Shown piece after piece: positions 19,044-30,401 of a stretch of 64,000 nt of DNA; positions within the stretch are counted from its first letter, which is position 1, and every line of letters begins with the position of its first letter. Source of the stretch: Candidatus Aenigmatarchaeota archaeon (lineage in GTDB: Archaea; Aenigmatarchaeota; Aenigmatarchaeia; CG10238-14); the NCBI GenBank assembly GCA_030018415.1, contig JASEGC010000001.1:407033-471032 (forward strand), written 5' to 3'. The position numbers were made by a program, and so were the translations under genes. The notes below the pieces were generated by a model. That model was not told the origin of the DNA. It saw nothing but the letters and a program-made list of their open reading frames with translations, and ran no database searches.

Positions 19044-22000
19044 ATGAAAAAATTATATTTTATTTTGATTTTCTCCTTATCTTTTCTATTTTTATTTACC
19101 TTTGTTGAGGCAGTTTTTCCTGTAGAACCTGTAACAGTTGAGAGTATAAAAGACTTCGAATACAAAGGACACATAATCCAATTCAAAGATAAGCCAGTTT
19201 TGGCTTATAAATTAGAATTAAAGGGTCTTACAGAAGAAGAGAAATTAGCTAAGATGGACGAACACAGGAATAAAATTTTGAATATTCATTCTCTATTCAA
19301 AAAACATATCAAAGACCTGGAAATTGAACGATTAGGTATTGCTTCTATTACTAGAATAATTCCTGACGGAAATGTCATGGGAGAACATACAGAGTTATTC
19401 AATGGAATTGCTCTCAATGCATCAAAAGAAGAAGTAGAAGAAATCAAGAAATTTGAGGAAGTCAAAGCAGTTTATCCTAATGTAGAAGTTCATGCTTTCT
19501 TGATGAATTCGATTCCGTTGATTAATGCACATAGTGTTTGGGGGTCAAAAGATGATTACAACAGAGATATAACTGGCAAAGGTATTACCATAGCAATAAT
19601 TGATACTGGTATAGATTACACTCATCCTGATCTAGATGAAGGAAAGGTTATTGGACAATATTGTTTTTGTTGCGATATTTATGTCGAAGGTACAGCTTGT
19701 GGTGATAACGATCCTGGATGTTGTCCCGATGGAACAGCAATCGATGAAAACGCTATGGATGATAATGGTCACGGCACCCACTGTGCCGGCATATCAGCTG
19801 GAAATGGGGTATTAAAAGGGGTAGCACCAGACGCCAAATTACGGGCATATAAAGTTCTTAGTTCAAAGGGGGAGGGTCTCCTAAGTGATGTAATCAAAGG
19901 CATCGAGAAAGCAGTTGAAGATGATGTTGATGTTATTTCATTGAGTCTTGGTGCTCCACTTGGTGATCCTGGTGACGTACTATCTCAGGTAGTCGATACA
20001 GCTGTTGATGCTGGTGTTGTAGTCGTAATTGCTGCCGGAAATGAAGGACCAGTGCCTATGAGTATAGGCTCTCCTGCTGCTGCAAAAAAAGCAATAACTG
20101 TTGGAGCATCGACCAAGGATGATGAAATTGCATTCTTTAGTTCCAGAGGACCAGTTATGCATAAAGATGGAAATATAATAAAACCGGATGTTGTTGCTCC
20201 TGGACATTTAATATGTTCTGCGAGATTGCCTGGATTTGAGCCTTGGAAGAGAAGATCTATATACCAAAAATGTGTAGATAATGACCACGTTTTATTATCT
20301 GGCACTTCAATGGCGTGTCCACATGTTGCTGGTGCTGTGGCTTTACTGAAACAAGCTCATCCAGACTGGACCCCCGAGGATATAAAATCCGCTCTGATGT
20401 CAACTGCAAAGGGTTTGGATTTGGAAAGAGTAGGTCCTAATACTCAAGGATCAGGGAGAATTGATGTTCTTAACGCAAAAAATACCCCAATCCTACTATC
20501 GCCTAACTCGATGTTAATTGACGTTACTTCCATTAAAAAACATAGTGTAAATGTAAACTTAGTCAATCGGAATGATGAACAGATGGCGCTTGAACTGAGT
20601 GCCAAGACTTGGAGTAAAATTCCGTATGAATTAATAGAAGAACAAAACATAGAATTGCTTCCAGCTGAGGAAAAAGAAATAGAAATAGGGTTAGACATAA
20701 AAGAAGTCATACCATACGGTGATAATCATGCGATGTTTCAATTCAAGACAAATAACTATCCGGATCAACACATCCCTGTTTCAATCGATAGAGTACCTGC
20801 ATTACTAAGGATGTGGACTACTTCTTTGCCCAAAGAGCCATTACCCATAATTGAGTATTTAAAAGTCGGAAAATTGAAGGACTACTGGACTGGAAAAGGT
20901 GATAATATTCCAGATGTTTTGTTAAAAAGGTTTAACATGAAATTGTATGCCATAGAAACGCCTTCTAATCCCATTTTATCCCCTTCAAAACTTTGGGAAA
21001 GGGTTGAAACATTTGGAGGTGATTTAGAGATTGTTGACAGTGATGGTGATTCAGAAGACGAAATTTTTGTTGGTTTAAGTACAAAAGGAGGACTGAGCAA
21101 ATTGAATGATAAAGGCGATACCATCTGGAAAAAAGATAGTGGTGGGGGAATTATAGAATTAGGGGATGTTCAAGGCGATTCAAAAAAAGAAATAGCAAGT
21201 AGTGACAGGCTATATGCTACAGATTCTACGAATGGGGAATTATTATGGGTAAAAGATAACCCTACAAAACGAATCGGCACGACAGTTTACGGCTCCCGTG
21301 TACTAGATTTAAAGGTAGGAGACATTAATGGAGATTTGCAAAATGAGATAGTTGCATATGGAATTTTTGATTATGGTTGGCCGAATTTAAGAGATCCTAT
21401 AGTTTTGGCTAGAAATCCAAATGGTGATGAACTATGGAGATTTCAGACAACAGGACAGAGTGATTATTCATACACAGATGAAGAATCCTATACAAATTTC
21501 ATTAACATTCAAGATTTAGACAAAGATGGTTCAGTCGAAATTGTCGTCTGTATGTATGAAGTAGATATGAATGAAGGTACAGAAGGAAAACTAGTTGTTT
21601 TAAACGGTAATGATGGTTCTCTCTTATGGGAAGAGAAGTTCGAATCGTCTTTTTACGACCCAAATTTTATCGATGTGAATGGGGATGGATATGATGATAT
21701 CTTATTAGGTTCAAAGAGTGGAAGGGTTTATGCTATTGATTATAAGACTAAATTTGTCATATGGAAGACTGCGTTGAGAGGGAAAGTCATGCGTATTTTC
21801 GTCAAAGATTTGAATCAAGATGGAAGATCTGAAATAGTAGCTTCTAGCAATCCGTATGCCTACATTTTGGATCTTGATGGGAACATTAAAGGAAGAACTT
21901 TGATAGATTGGGATAGGGAAGGATTGGTCGTTAATCAACTGTTTTTTGATATGAATACAGCTGACTTTGATGATGATGGAATTTCAGATATAACAGTTGC

Positions 22001-22303
22001 TTACACGCCAAATTTTTATGTTGCAATGATGTCCGGATTTAATCCCAATATACCATTGCCAACTTTTATAGACACATTTTCGATTGTCGATCAGGCGTGT
22101 ATTAAAATGTTGATTTAAACAATGATAAAAAAGTGGACATCGTTGACGTAGCAAAAGTTGCAAGAAACTTCGGGAAGAACAAACAAACAGATCCCAACTG
22201 GGACGAAACAAAAAAAGCAGACATTAACGGTGACGAAAAAATCAATATCGTTGATATAGCTACAGTTGCTAGATATTTTGGAAGGGGTTGTTACTTTCTC
22301 TGA
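19044..22303 (+). CDS. secreted subtilisin-like (S8) protease with FG-GAP/VCBS-like repeats and a C-terminal dockerin; last domain out of frame
   Basis: Signal peptide. Catalytic D/H/S blocks IIDTGIDYTHPDL, HGTHCAGI and GTSMACPHVAG. Repeats DVNGDGYDDILLG and DLNQDGRSEIVAS. After the stop at 22116..22118, frame 2 reads NVDLNNDKKVDIVDVAKVARNFGK...DINGDEKINIVDIATVARYFG (dockerin) up to TGA 22301..22303. One missing A in the run 22104..22107 would join them. Confidence 0.8.
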
Positions 22304-22383
22304 ATTTTTTAATTTAGAAATAAAAAACTTAAATATATTTAATGGATAGTATAAATTCATAAACATTTTTGGAAGGGGGTCGT

Positions 22384-23181
22384 ATGGACTGGGGGAAGAA
22401 AAATCGTTTGTCAAGACTCATACAAAAAGATGGTCATTGTCTGTTTTTGCCGATAGATCACGGATATTTTCAAGGACCTACGACAAAATTGGAAAAACCT
22501 GGCGAGACTGTTAAGCCATTACTTCCTTATTGTGATGCGATCTTTGTTACCAGAGGAGTGTTACGTTCGTGTATAGATCCCAACAATACTACTCCAATAA
22601 TTCTCAGAGTTTCTGGTGGAACGAGTATCATTGGAGAAGATTTATCGAACGAGGATATCACAACATCTATCAAGGAAGTCATCCGACTCAATGTATGTGC
22701 AGTAGGCTTCTCTATCTATGTTGGAAGCAAGTATGAACATCAGACTCTCATGAGTCTTGCAAGGCTCGTTGACAAAGCAGAAGAATACGGAATTCCAGTG
22801 ATGGCAGTTACTGCTGTCGGTAAGGAATTGGAGAAGAGGGATGCAAGATATCTCGCCCTCGCTTGCAGGATCGCTGCTGAACTTGGTGCTAGCATAGTGA
22901 AAACTTATTGGTGCGAAAATTTTGAAAAGATTGTTAACGGCTGTCCTGTTCCTGTTGTTATAGCGGGAGGACCAAAAGTTGATTCAGAACTTCAACTTTT
23001 GGAATTTGTGTATGATGGAATACAGAAAGGAGCTATAGGTATTAACTTGGGAAGAAACATCTGGCAGTCTGAACATCCTGTGGCAATGATCAGGACATTG
23101 AGAGCGATAATTCATGAGAATGCTACTGTTAAAGAAGCCAATGATTTGTTAGAAAAACTAAAGAAAGGAGAGAAAAAGTAA
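22384..23181 (+). CDS. fba: archaeal class I fructose-bisphosphate aldolase (DhnA/FbaB family)
   Basis: GKKNRLSRLIQKDGHCLFLPIDHG, ILRVSGGTS, IVKTYW, and GINLGRNIWQ near the C-terminus. ATG 22384 is preceded by GGAAGGGGG. Confidence 0.7.
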   Translation: MDWGKKNRLSRLIQKDGHCLFLPIDHGYFQGPTTKLEKPGETVKPLLPYCDAIFVTRGVLRSCIDPNNTTPIILRVSGGTSIIGEDLSNEDITTSIKEVIRLNVCAVGFSIYVGSKYEHQTLMSLARLVDKAEEYGIPVMAVTAVGKELEKRDARYLALACRIAAELGASIVKTYWCENFEKIVNGCPVPVVIAGGPKVDSELQLLEFVYDGIQKGAIGINLGRNIWQSEHPVAMIRTLRAIIHENATVKEANDLLEKLKKGEKK

Positions 23182-23195
23182 CTAACGATGATTTT

Positions 23196-23651
23196 ATGTT
23201 TGGTTTTGGAAAAAAGGAAATCGAAATATTTCTCGAGAAATACAATTATTCACCCGGAGAGACGATCAGAGGAAGAATCTCATTAAAACTTAATAAACCA
23301 ATTCATGCGAGAGCATTGAAAGTTGGTTTGGTAGGAGAGAAGTTTGTAACAGAAACTGTAAGAGATTCAGGCGGAAGCATGCGTTCTCGTCAAAAAAGAA
23401 AAAACGTTTATAGCTTTGAAATGCCATTAGACTCAGAAAAAGAATATTTACAAGGAGAGTACGATTTTGAAATAAAGATACCGACAAACTTATTACAGAC
23501 ATCTTTACCTGAGGGCATAATCAGTGATGTGATAAAAACATACAAGATTCTTACTGGAAGTGAATCAAACGTTTTTTGGTATGTCATCGCAAAATTAGAT
23601 GTTCCAATGAAATTTGACGTTTCTGAAAGAATCCAAATAAACATAGGATAG
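23196..23651 (+). CDS. hypothetical protein, Spo0M/arrestin-like fold suggested
   Basis: 151 aa. The N-terminus GETIRGRISLKLNKPIHARALKVGLVGE resembles SpoOM-family proteins. Weak call. Confidence 0.3.
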   Translation: MFGFGKKEIEIFLEKYNYSPGETIRGRISLKLNKPIHARALKVGLVGEKFVTETVRDSGGSMRSRQKRKNVYSFEMPLDSEKEYLQGEYDFEIKIPTNLLQTSLPEGIISDVIKTYKILTGSESNVFWYVIAKLDVPMKFDVSERIQINIG

Positions 23652-23690
23652 AATTTTGATGAATATATTTTTTGATAGTGGAGATGTATT

Positions 23691-24716
23691 ATGCGAGTAG
23701 CAATGTACTACAACAACAAAGACATAAGATTAGAGGAAATGCCAAAACCGAAGATTAGTCCTGATGAGTTATTAGTAAAAGTGATGGCTTGTGGTATATG
23801 CGGAAGTGATGTAATGGAATGGTATAGAATCAAGAAAGTACCAAGAGTCTTAGGACATGAGATGACTGGAGAGGTCGTAGAAGTCGGAAAGAATGTGAAA
23901 AAATTTAAAGTTGGAGATAGAGTTTTCGTTTCACATCACGTTCCTTGCAATAAATGTCGCTATTGTTCAGAAGGCAATCATACTGTATGTGAAACTTTGC
24001 ACAGTACGAACTTTGATCCTGGCGGGTTTTCTGAATATGTTCGAGTACCAAAGATAAACGTAGAATTTGGAACCTTTCTTTTACCGAATGAAATATCTTT
24101 CGAAGATGGAACTTTCATCGAACCTTTAGGTTGTGTTATAAGAGGACAAAGGAGAGCAAACATAAAACCGAATCATACTGTACTCGTGATAGGTAGCGGT
24201 ACATCTGGAATACTTCACATACAACTGGCTCGTGTTATTGGAGCAGAAAAAGTGATTGCAACCGATATAAACGAATATCGTATGAATGCAGCAAAGAAAT
24301 TTGGAGCAGATGTTGTGATCAATGCTGAAGAAGACGTGCCTCCTCGTGTGAGAGAAGTTAATGAAGGTAGGCTCGCTGATCGTGTTATAGTCTGTACTGC
24401 AGCTGTACCAGCCATTAAACAATCGTTGAAATCCGTGGATCGTGGAGGTGTTGTTCTTTTCTTTGCTCCTACTGAACCAGGAATTGGTATCCCTTTACTA
24501 TTCAATGAATTTTGGAGTAATCAGATAACATTGACAAGCACATACGCTGCTGCTCCTGCTGATATTAAAGAAGCTATAAAATTGATTTGTTCTCGTAAAT
24601 TGAATGTGCATGACATGATTACACATAGGTTAAGTTTGGCAGAAACTGGCAAAGGGTTTCAAATCGTTGCTGATGCTAAAGAATCTATGAAAGTGATAAT
24701 TGAACCATACAGATAA
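23691..24716 (+). CDS. Zn-dependent alcohol/threonine dehydrogenase family (MDR) oxidoreductase
   Basis: GICGSDVMEWY, GHEMTGEVVEVG, structural-Zn Cys cluster CNKCRYCSEGNHTVC, and Rossmann motif VIGSGTSG. Confidence 0.8.
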   Translation: MRVAMYYNNKDIRLEEMPKPKISPDELLVKVMACGICGSDVMEWYRIKKVPRVLGHEMTGEVVEVGKNVKKFKVGDRVFVSHHVPCNKCRYCSEGNHTVCETLHSTNFDPGGFSEYVRVPKINVEFGTFLLPNEISFEDGTFIEPLGCVIRGQRRANIKPNHTVLVIGSGTSGILHIQLARVIGAEKVIATDINEYRMNAAKKFGADVVINAEEDVPPRVREVNEGRLADRVIVCTAAVPAIKQSLKSVDRGGVVLFFAPTEPGIGIPLLFNEFWSNQITLTSTYAAAPADIKEAIKLICSRKLNVHDMITHRLSLAETGKGFQIVADAKESMKVIIEPYR

Positions 24717-24733
24717 TTCTAAATCCCTTAAAC

Positions 24734-25495
24734 TTAAGAGTTAATTCTTCCAACAACTTCTTTAATTATCTCTTTCAATTGTTTTTCTTTTCTTTTCATC
24801 CCTTCCTCTACCTCTTCATAACTCAAAGGTTTTTCTGAAATTCCGCAAGCATAATTCACGCCGACTGCTATACTCGCATATTCAATACCCAACTCTCTGG
24901 ATAAAATTACTTCTGGAACGATGGTCTGCCCAACAACATCTGCACCCAAGTTATTGAACATTCTTATCTCAGCAGGAGTTTCAAGTCTTGGACCAGAAGT
25001 GTTGACGTAAATCCCTTTTTCTTGGAAAGAATAACCCTTCTCTTTACAAACTCCTATCAATATCTCCCTCAACTTTGGGGAGAACGGATTCGTTAGATCA
25101 ACATGCACAGGCTTCTTATCGAATTTATCGAAGAACGTATAAGGTTTTTTAGTGAAATCTAAGAAATCATCCAAGATGATGAAATCACCTATTCGTATGT
25201 TAGCGTTTATTATCCCAACACTAGAAGTAGAAATTATGTTTTTTACACCGAGAGATTTCAACGCATAGATGTTCGCACGATGATTAATGCTGTGTGGAGG
25301 TATCTCATGCTTTTTCCCATGTCTTGCGATAAATGCGACTCTCTTCCCACTTAAATCGCCTAACAAAACCTTATCAGATGCCTTTCCGTAGGGAGTTTTT
25401 ACATTTTTCTCTACCGCTCTACTCAATAACGTAGAAATTCCAGTTCCACCTATGATCCCAACTCTCACCCTCATGTTAATGTTTTTTAATTTCAA
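24734..25495 (-). CDS. mtnP: 5'-methylthioadenosine/purine nucleoside phosphorylase
   Basis: VGIIGGTG, ARHGKKHEIPPHSINHRANIYALKSLGV and TSSVG. The true start may be the internal ATG at 25474. Confidence 0.8.
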   Translation of the reverse strand: MKLKNINMRVRVGIIGGTGISTLLSRAVEKNVKTPYGKASDKVLLGDLSGKRVAFIARHGKKHEIPPHSINHRANIYALKSLGVKNIISTSSVGIINANIRIGDFIILDDFLDFTKKPYTFFDKFDKKPVHVDLTNPFSPKLREILIGVCKEKGYSFQEKGIYVNTSGPRLETPAEIRMFNNLGADVVGQTIVPEVILSRELGIEYASIAVGVNYACGISEKPLSYEEVEEGMKRKEKQLKEIIKEVVGRINS

Positions 25496-25512
25496 TTTTA
25501 AATCATTTCAAT

Positions 25513-26820
25513 ATGAAACCAAACTCAGTCCTAATAAAAAACGCTGGATGGATAGTCACACAAAATTCTAAGCGAGAGATTTTGAGCAACAAATCCATCT
25601 ACATAGAAGGGAACAGAATAGTTGAGGTCGGAAACCCGAAATCAGAAGCGGATTTTATCTTAGAAGCAGATCATAAGATTGTACTGCCTGGTTTGATGAA
25701 TTGTCACACTCATTCACCAATGACCCTTTTACGCGGTTATTCTGATGATAAGAGTCTGGAAGAATGGTGGTTCAAGGATATTTACCCTGTAGAATCAAAG
25801 TTTAAATCTAAACATATCTACTATGGTTCTTTGTTAGCATGCATAGAGATGATAAAGTTTGGTTGCACGTATTTTGCAGACTTCTATTATTTTTTAGATC
25901 AGATTGCAAAAGCTGTTAACGAGGCAGGAATAAGATGTAATTTGGGTCAAGGTATTCTTGATGTTGAAACTTTTGAATTTCCATCGAAAAAAATTGCATT
26001 TTTAATTGCAAAGAGAATGGTAAGAAAATGGAGAAAAAAAGGGAGAATTAAAGCTTCCATCGCCCCTCACATGTTTCAGACAACATCTCCTGAAACTTAC
26101 GAAGAATGTGCTGAGATTGTAAGAAAGTATAATGTGCTTTTGCAGACTCATGTATGCGAATCGAAGAAAGAAGTTGAGTTTGCTTTAAAAAATTATGAAA
26201 AAAGACCAGTTGATTTATTGGAAGAATGTGGTTGTCTCTCTGATAAGACTATAGCAGTACATTGTAATTGGGTTAGTGGTGATGATATTAAAAAATTCTC
26301 TAAGTATGATGTCAAGGTTGTTCATTGCCCCGTCTCAAACATGAAACTCGGAGAAGGAAAAATAATGCCTCTAAAAGATATGATAAGACAAAATTTGACA
26401 ATAGGGTTGGGTACTGACGGTTGTGCGAGTAACAATAGTTTAGACCTTTTTGAAGAGATGAAGACTTGTTCCCTTCTTCATAAATCTCATCTTAACGATC
26501 CCACTGCCATGCCGGCTCAGAAAATGCTAGACTTGGTAACGGTAGATGCTGCCAAAGTTTTACATGAAGAAGATTTAGGTTCTATTGAGGAAGGAAATAA
26601 GGCAGATTTAATTTTAATCGATACTAGAAAACCTCATTTACAACCGATTCACAGAAAGCATACAGTTTTGTCTAACCTAGTTTACTCAGCAAAAGGTCAG
26701 GATGTTAGTGATGTAATTTGTGACGGAAAGCTTCTCATGGAAGACGGAAGAATTACCACTCTGAATGAGGAAGAGGTCTACGAGAAAGTTAGGAGGATTC
26801 TTTTAGAGTTGTTCAGATGA
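25513..26820 (+). CDS. mtaD: amidohydrolase, 5-methylthioadenosine/S-adenosylhomocysteine deaminase-like
   Basis: LPGLMNCHTHSPMTLLRG, HVCES and GLGTDGCASNN metal-binding blocks. 435 aa. Confidence 0.75.
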   Translation: MKPNSVLIKNAGWIVTQNSKREILSNKSIYIEGNRIVEVGNPKSEADFILEADHKIVLPGLMNCHTHSPMTLLRGYSDDKSLEEWWFKDIYPVESKFKSKHIYYGSLLACIEMIKFGCTYFADFYYFLDQIAKAVNEAGIRCNLGQGILDVETFEFPSKKIAFLIAKRMVRKWRKKGRIKASIAPHMFQTTSPETYEECAEIVRKYNVLLQTHVCESKKEVEFALKNYEKRPVDLLEECGCLSDKTIAVHCNWVSGDDIKKFSKYDVKVVHCPVSNMKLGEGKIMPLKDMIRQNLTIGLGTDGCASNNSLDLFEEMKTCSLLHKSHLNDPTAMPAQKMLDLVTVDAAKVLHEEDLGSIEEGNKADLILIDTRKPHLQPIHRKHTVLSNLVYSAKGQDVSDVICDGKLLMEDGRITTLNEEEVYEKVRRILLELFR

Positions 26821-27449
26821 AAGTTTCAGAGATCAAGTTCTTCAGCGAAAAAACAAGAAAATTCTATAAGCTTGTTAAAACTTCAACCTGGCCAACGGTT
26901 AAAGTTTCTGGGATTTTTATGCACAGGGTGAAAGATGTAGATCCAAAAACTGATTCTATCCTTAAAGTTAAGGCTTTGGGGAAGATAGAGGGAATAGGTC
27001 TAGACACATGTACTGGTTTAGGTTATACTTCCATCCTTTCTGCTAGGGAAAAAAATGTCAAGAAAATCGTCACTATAGAGGAAGACGATAACTTGATCAG
27101 AATAGCAAAACTTAATCCATGCTCGAAAGAACTTTTCACAAACCCAAAGATCGAACTGGTGATCGGCGACACTTATGAACAGATAAGAAGATTTCCTGAT
27201 GAGTACTTCAATTTTATAATCCATGACCCTCCTAGGATTTCCATAGCCGGAGAACTGTACTCTTTGGAATTCTACAAACAACTCTTCAGAGTCCTTAAAA
27301 AAGGTGGAAAACTTTTTCATTATATTGGAGAACCAGGAAAAAGACAAAGAAAAAACTATAGTAAAGGAATTCTTCAAAGGCTAAGACTAGCAGGTTTAAA
27401 GAGAATAGAGAGAGTTGATTATGCGAAGGGTGTAGTTTGTTTAAAATGA
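26817..27449 (+). CDS. class I SAM-dependent methyltransferase (amino-MTase type, DPPR motif)
   Basis: GLDTCTGLGYTSI (motif I) and FIIHDPPR (motif IV). Substrate unknown. Confidence 0.55.
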   Translation: MKVSEIKFFSEKTRKFYKLVKTSTWPTVKVSGIFMHRVKDVDPKTDSILKVKALGKIEGIGLDTCTGLGYTSILSAREKNVKKIVTIEEDDNLIRIAKLNPCSKELFTNPKIELVIGDTYEQIRRFPDEYFNFIIHDPPRISIAGELYSLEFYKQLFRVLKKGGKLFHYIGEPGKRQRKNYSKGILQRLRLAGLKRIERVDYAKGVVCLK

Positions 27450-27463
27450 TTCTGGGCAGATGC

Positions 27464-27828
27464 TTAATACACGATATAGGTATCATCATGCGAGTAAGGC
27501 GGGCTACAAATACATAAGATTTTTAATGGTACTCTACCTATGTTCTTTATCATGTGCTTTCTTCTAGTGGATATGAAAACACAATCATTTTTTTCAACTT
27601 CTCTTGATTCACCTTCAATTTCTATGATTCCTATTCCATCTGTGATGACGTATATCTCATCTGATACTGCATGATAATGCTTTTCTGTTGATTCATCCAC
27701 GGGAACCGTTCCCTCTGCAAGACTCACCGTTTTTATTTCAGAATTGTTGGATGGTATATTTCTCTCACTTCTGATCTATCCTTGGTAACAAATGGTTTAA
27801 CTTTGTCGATATTCCTAACCTCTATCAT
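27464..27828 (-). pseudogene. cupin-domain protein, N-terminal 35 codons out of frame
   Basis: The track ORF 27464..27727 holds the cupin core (HYHAVSDEIYVITDG...CVFISTRRKHMIKN). Upstream, ATG 27828 reads MIEVRNIDKVKPFVTKDRSEVREIYHPT and then shifts frame at an AA/TT run near 27741..27745. Confidence 0.55.
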
Positions 27829-27886
27829 ACCTAAACCTCCAAGTTAATAATAATCTAATAAATCTTCAAAAGCTTATTTATAGAAC

Positions 27887-28999
27887 ATGATTAAGATAGA
27901 TGAAACTGAACTAAAGGATTACCTTTCAAAAATATTCAATTCTGATATTCAGATAAAGAACATAGAAAAATTGGGTGAAGGATTTCATGGAGTTGGATTT
28001 TTAATAGATACTATTAATAAAAAAGGCAAAGAGAGAAGATATTTTCTCAAGACTTTGCATGAAAAGGGCTTCGGTCATGAGTATCCTGCCGACAGAGCAA
28101 ATGTTATAATCCGAGCTTTGATGGATTCTAATCTATTGCCTAATCATGTGAAAGTTTTAGATGCAGGATCCGTCCAACAGAATGACTCACTTTTATCCTT
28201 AGGTAAACCAAAAGAATTTTTCATAATAATGGAAGAGGGAAAAGGGGAAGAATATTGGGTTGATTTGGATAATATCATGAAGAATGAAAAATTAAATAAA
28301 GAGGATGAGGATAAGATAAAGATCATAGCTGATTATTTATCGAGCATACATTCTGTTAAATACGATGGGGATAATAGCGAGTATCTCTACAAGAGAGTAG
28401 TCAGAGATTTTGTCGGACATGGAGAGTTAACGATGGGAGTTATCGATACGTTTCCTGATAGACTTGATTTTGTGAAGAGTGAGGAATTGGTTGAGATAGT
28501 GAAAAAAATGGTTGAGTGGTGGGGAAAAATTAAGAATAAACATCATAGGTTGACTGTTATACATGGCGACTTTTATCCTGGCAACATCTGGTTTGATGAC
28601 AAGAAGTTAGTTGTTTTAGATAGAAGCAGGTTCAGATACGGAGACCCTGCAGACGATACAACATGTTTTACGATGAACTTAATCAACTACTCTGTGATGT
28701 CTTATGGAGAATTTAAAGACCCATTCAAAAAACTCCTAGAATTATTCTTTTCACGATATTTCAATAAAAGGAATGATCCTGAGATGTTCGAAGTCTCACC
28801 ATTGTTCTACGCGTTCAGGGCTCTGGTTTGCATCCATCCACTCTTCTATAATTCGGAATGGTTAAGAAAACACGGTTTCAATAAGGAAAGGATTCAAAAT
28901 TTAGATGAATCAAAAAGAAAAATAATTAACTTTACAAAGAACATTCTTGACGAAGAAAAATTCGATATTAAAAAAATTAACTCTTACCTGATGAGTTGA
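27887..28999 (+). CDS. aminoglycoside phosphotransferase/choline-kinase family kinase (possible small-molecule kinase of the salvage cluster)
   Basis: VIHGDFYPGNIWFDD...VVLDRS is the APH-family catalytic loop and DxD region. 370 aa. Confidence 0.6.
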   Translation: MIKIDETELKDYLSKIFNSDIQIKNIEKLGEGFHGVGFLIDTINKKGKERRYFLKTLHEKGFGHEYPADRANVIIRALMDSNLLPNHVKVLDAGSVQQNDSLLSLGKPKEFFIIMEEGKGEEYWVDLDNIMKNEKLNKEDEDKIKIIADYLSSIHSVKYDGDNSEYLYKRVVRDFVGHGELTMGVIDTFPDRLDFVKSEELVEIVKKMVEWWGKIKNKHHRLTVIHGDFYPGNIWFDDKKLVVLDRSRFRYGDPADDTTCFTMNLINYSVMSYGEFKDPFKKLLELFFSRYFNKRNDPEMFEVSPLFYAFRALVCIHPLFYNSEWLRKHGFNKERIQNLDESKRKIINFTKNILDEEKFDIKKINSYLMS

Positions 29000-29000
29000 C

Positions 29001-29804
29001 GTGAATAAAAAGCATTGGTTGAATTTTTGCAAAGATGTGGGAGAAAAGGTTTTTGTTAAGGTTCAGGAATATCTCGAGAAGGAAGAAAGAAAAAAATTCG
29101 TGAGATATGGTTACGGTGGAGATAAAACTCTGTTGTTGGATGAGATTATTGAGAAACTGATAATCGACGAGTTGAAATCTACAAAAAAGAGTTTTGAGTT
29201 GATAACTGAAGAAATGGGAATAAAAACTTTTGGCGAAAAACCAGAAGCCATCATAGTCGTTGACCCAATCGATGGATCCAATAACATGAAATTTGGATTA
29301 CCGTTTGTTGCAACTTCTATTGCTGTCGGTAATTTGTCAGGAACGATGAAAGGGATAGAAGTTGGTTACGTAAAGAACGTGATAAATGGAGATTCCTATT
29401 ACTCAATCAAGGGTGAAGGAGCATTCAAGAATAATAAGAAAATTCAAGTGAACAAAGAGAGAACTGGATGTGTCTTAGTGGACGTGGTAAAAAACAGAAG
29501 AGAAAACTTTAGACGTTTAATCGATTTTGGTGAAAATTTTCCATTTGTCAGGATGCTCGGATCCGGATGCTTGGGAACATGTTTCGTTGCTGAAGGTGCA
29601 GTAGACGGATACCTATGGCTAAATGCCAAGAGGACAATAGACCATGCAGCGACTCAACTGATACTGAGAGAGGCAGGGGGAATAATGAAGACTATTGAAG
29701 GAACTGATTTTGTTGACATGAAAATTGCATTCGACTATGATAATAGCGTGATCGTTGCTTCCGATTTAGATGTTTACAATAAAATTAAATCTGTCCTGAA
29801 GTGA
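29001..29804 (+). CDS. inositol monophosphatase/fructose-1,6-bisphosphatase family phosphatase
   Basis: ITEEMG, VVDPIDGSNN and a GSGCLG-type block. GTG start. Confidence 0.7.
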   Translation: MNKKHWLNFCKDVGEKVFVKVQEYLEKEERKKFVRYGYGGDKTLLLDEIIEKLIIDELKSTKKSFELITEEMGIKTFGEKPEAIIVVDPIDGSNNMKFGLPFVATSIAVGNLSGTMKGIEVGYVKNVINGDSYYSIKGEGAFKNNKKIQVNKERTGCVLVDVVKNRRENFRRLIDFGENFPFVRMLGSGCLGTCFVAEGAVDGYLWLNAKRTIDHAATQLILREAGGIMKTIEGTDFVDMKIAFDYDNSVIVASDLDVYNKIKSVLK

Positions 29805-29808
29805 GTTC

Positions 29809-30381
29809 ATGAAAGCTTGGGCTGTTTGGTTGACTGGTTTGCCTGGATCTGGGAAGACTGTTAGAGCAAAAGAATTGTTGAAAAAATTGAAACAAATAAA
29901 TATAAAGGTAGAATATTTAAGGATGGACGAGATCAGAAAAGTATTGACACCAAAACAAGAATACACAGAAAAAGAGAGGGACTATGCTTATAGAGCCTTT
30001 GTACTAATTGGAAAGTTTCTAACTGAAAATGGAATTAATGTCATAATGGATGCTACTGGACATAGAAAAGTTTGGAGAGAATTGGCAAGAGAACTAATAC
30101 CAAATTTTGCAGAAGTTTATTTAAAATGTCCATTAAATATTTGTATTGAAAGAGAAGCGAATAGAAAAAATAATTTAGTCGTTAGCAATTTATATAAAAA
30201 AGCTTATGAGAGATTAAAAACTGGTAAAAAGATTAAATTAGTCGGAGATGTCATTGGGATAGATGTACCATTTGAAGAACCAGATAGTCCTGACATGATA
30301 ATCGATTCAGATAAAATAGATCCAAAAGAATCTTCTGAAAAAATTTTTCAATTCTTAAATCTTAAATTTATCAAACAATAG
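29809..30381 (+). CDS. P-loop kinase, adenylylsulfate kinase-like
   Basis: VWLTGLPGSGKT Walker A followed by an LRMDEIR block. Size and layout match the APS-kinase family. Confidence 0.55.
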   Translation: MKAWAVWLTGLPGSGKTVRAKELLKKLKQINIKVEYLRMDEIRKVLTPKQEYTEKERDYAYRAFVLIGKFLTENGINVIMDATGHRKVWRELARELIPNFAEVYLKCPLNICIEREANRKNNLVVSNLYKKAYERLKTGKKIKLVGDVIGIDVPFEEPDSPDMIIDSDKIDPKESSEKIFQFLNLKFIKQ

Positions 30382-30401
30382 TTATTCAGAAGGAGGTTTT
30401 C

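Noticed and set aside
22115-22414. A 99-aa minus-strand ORF between the protease and fba.
   Set aside because: It is antisense to a clear dockerin-coding frame (22106..22303) on the plus strand.
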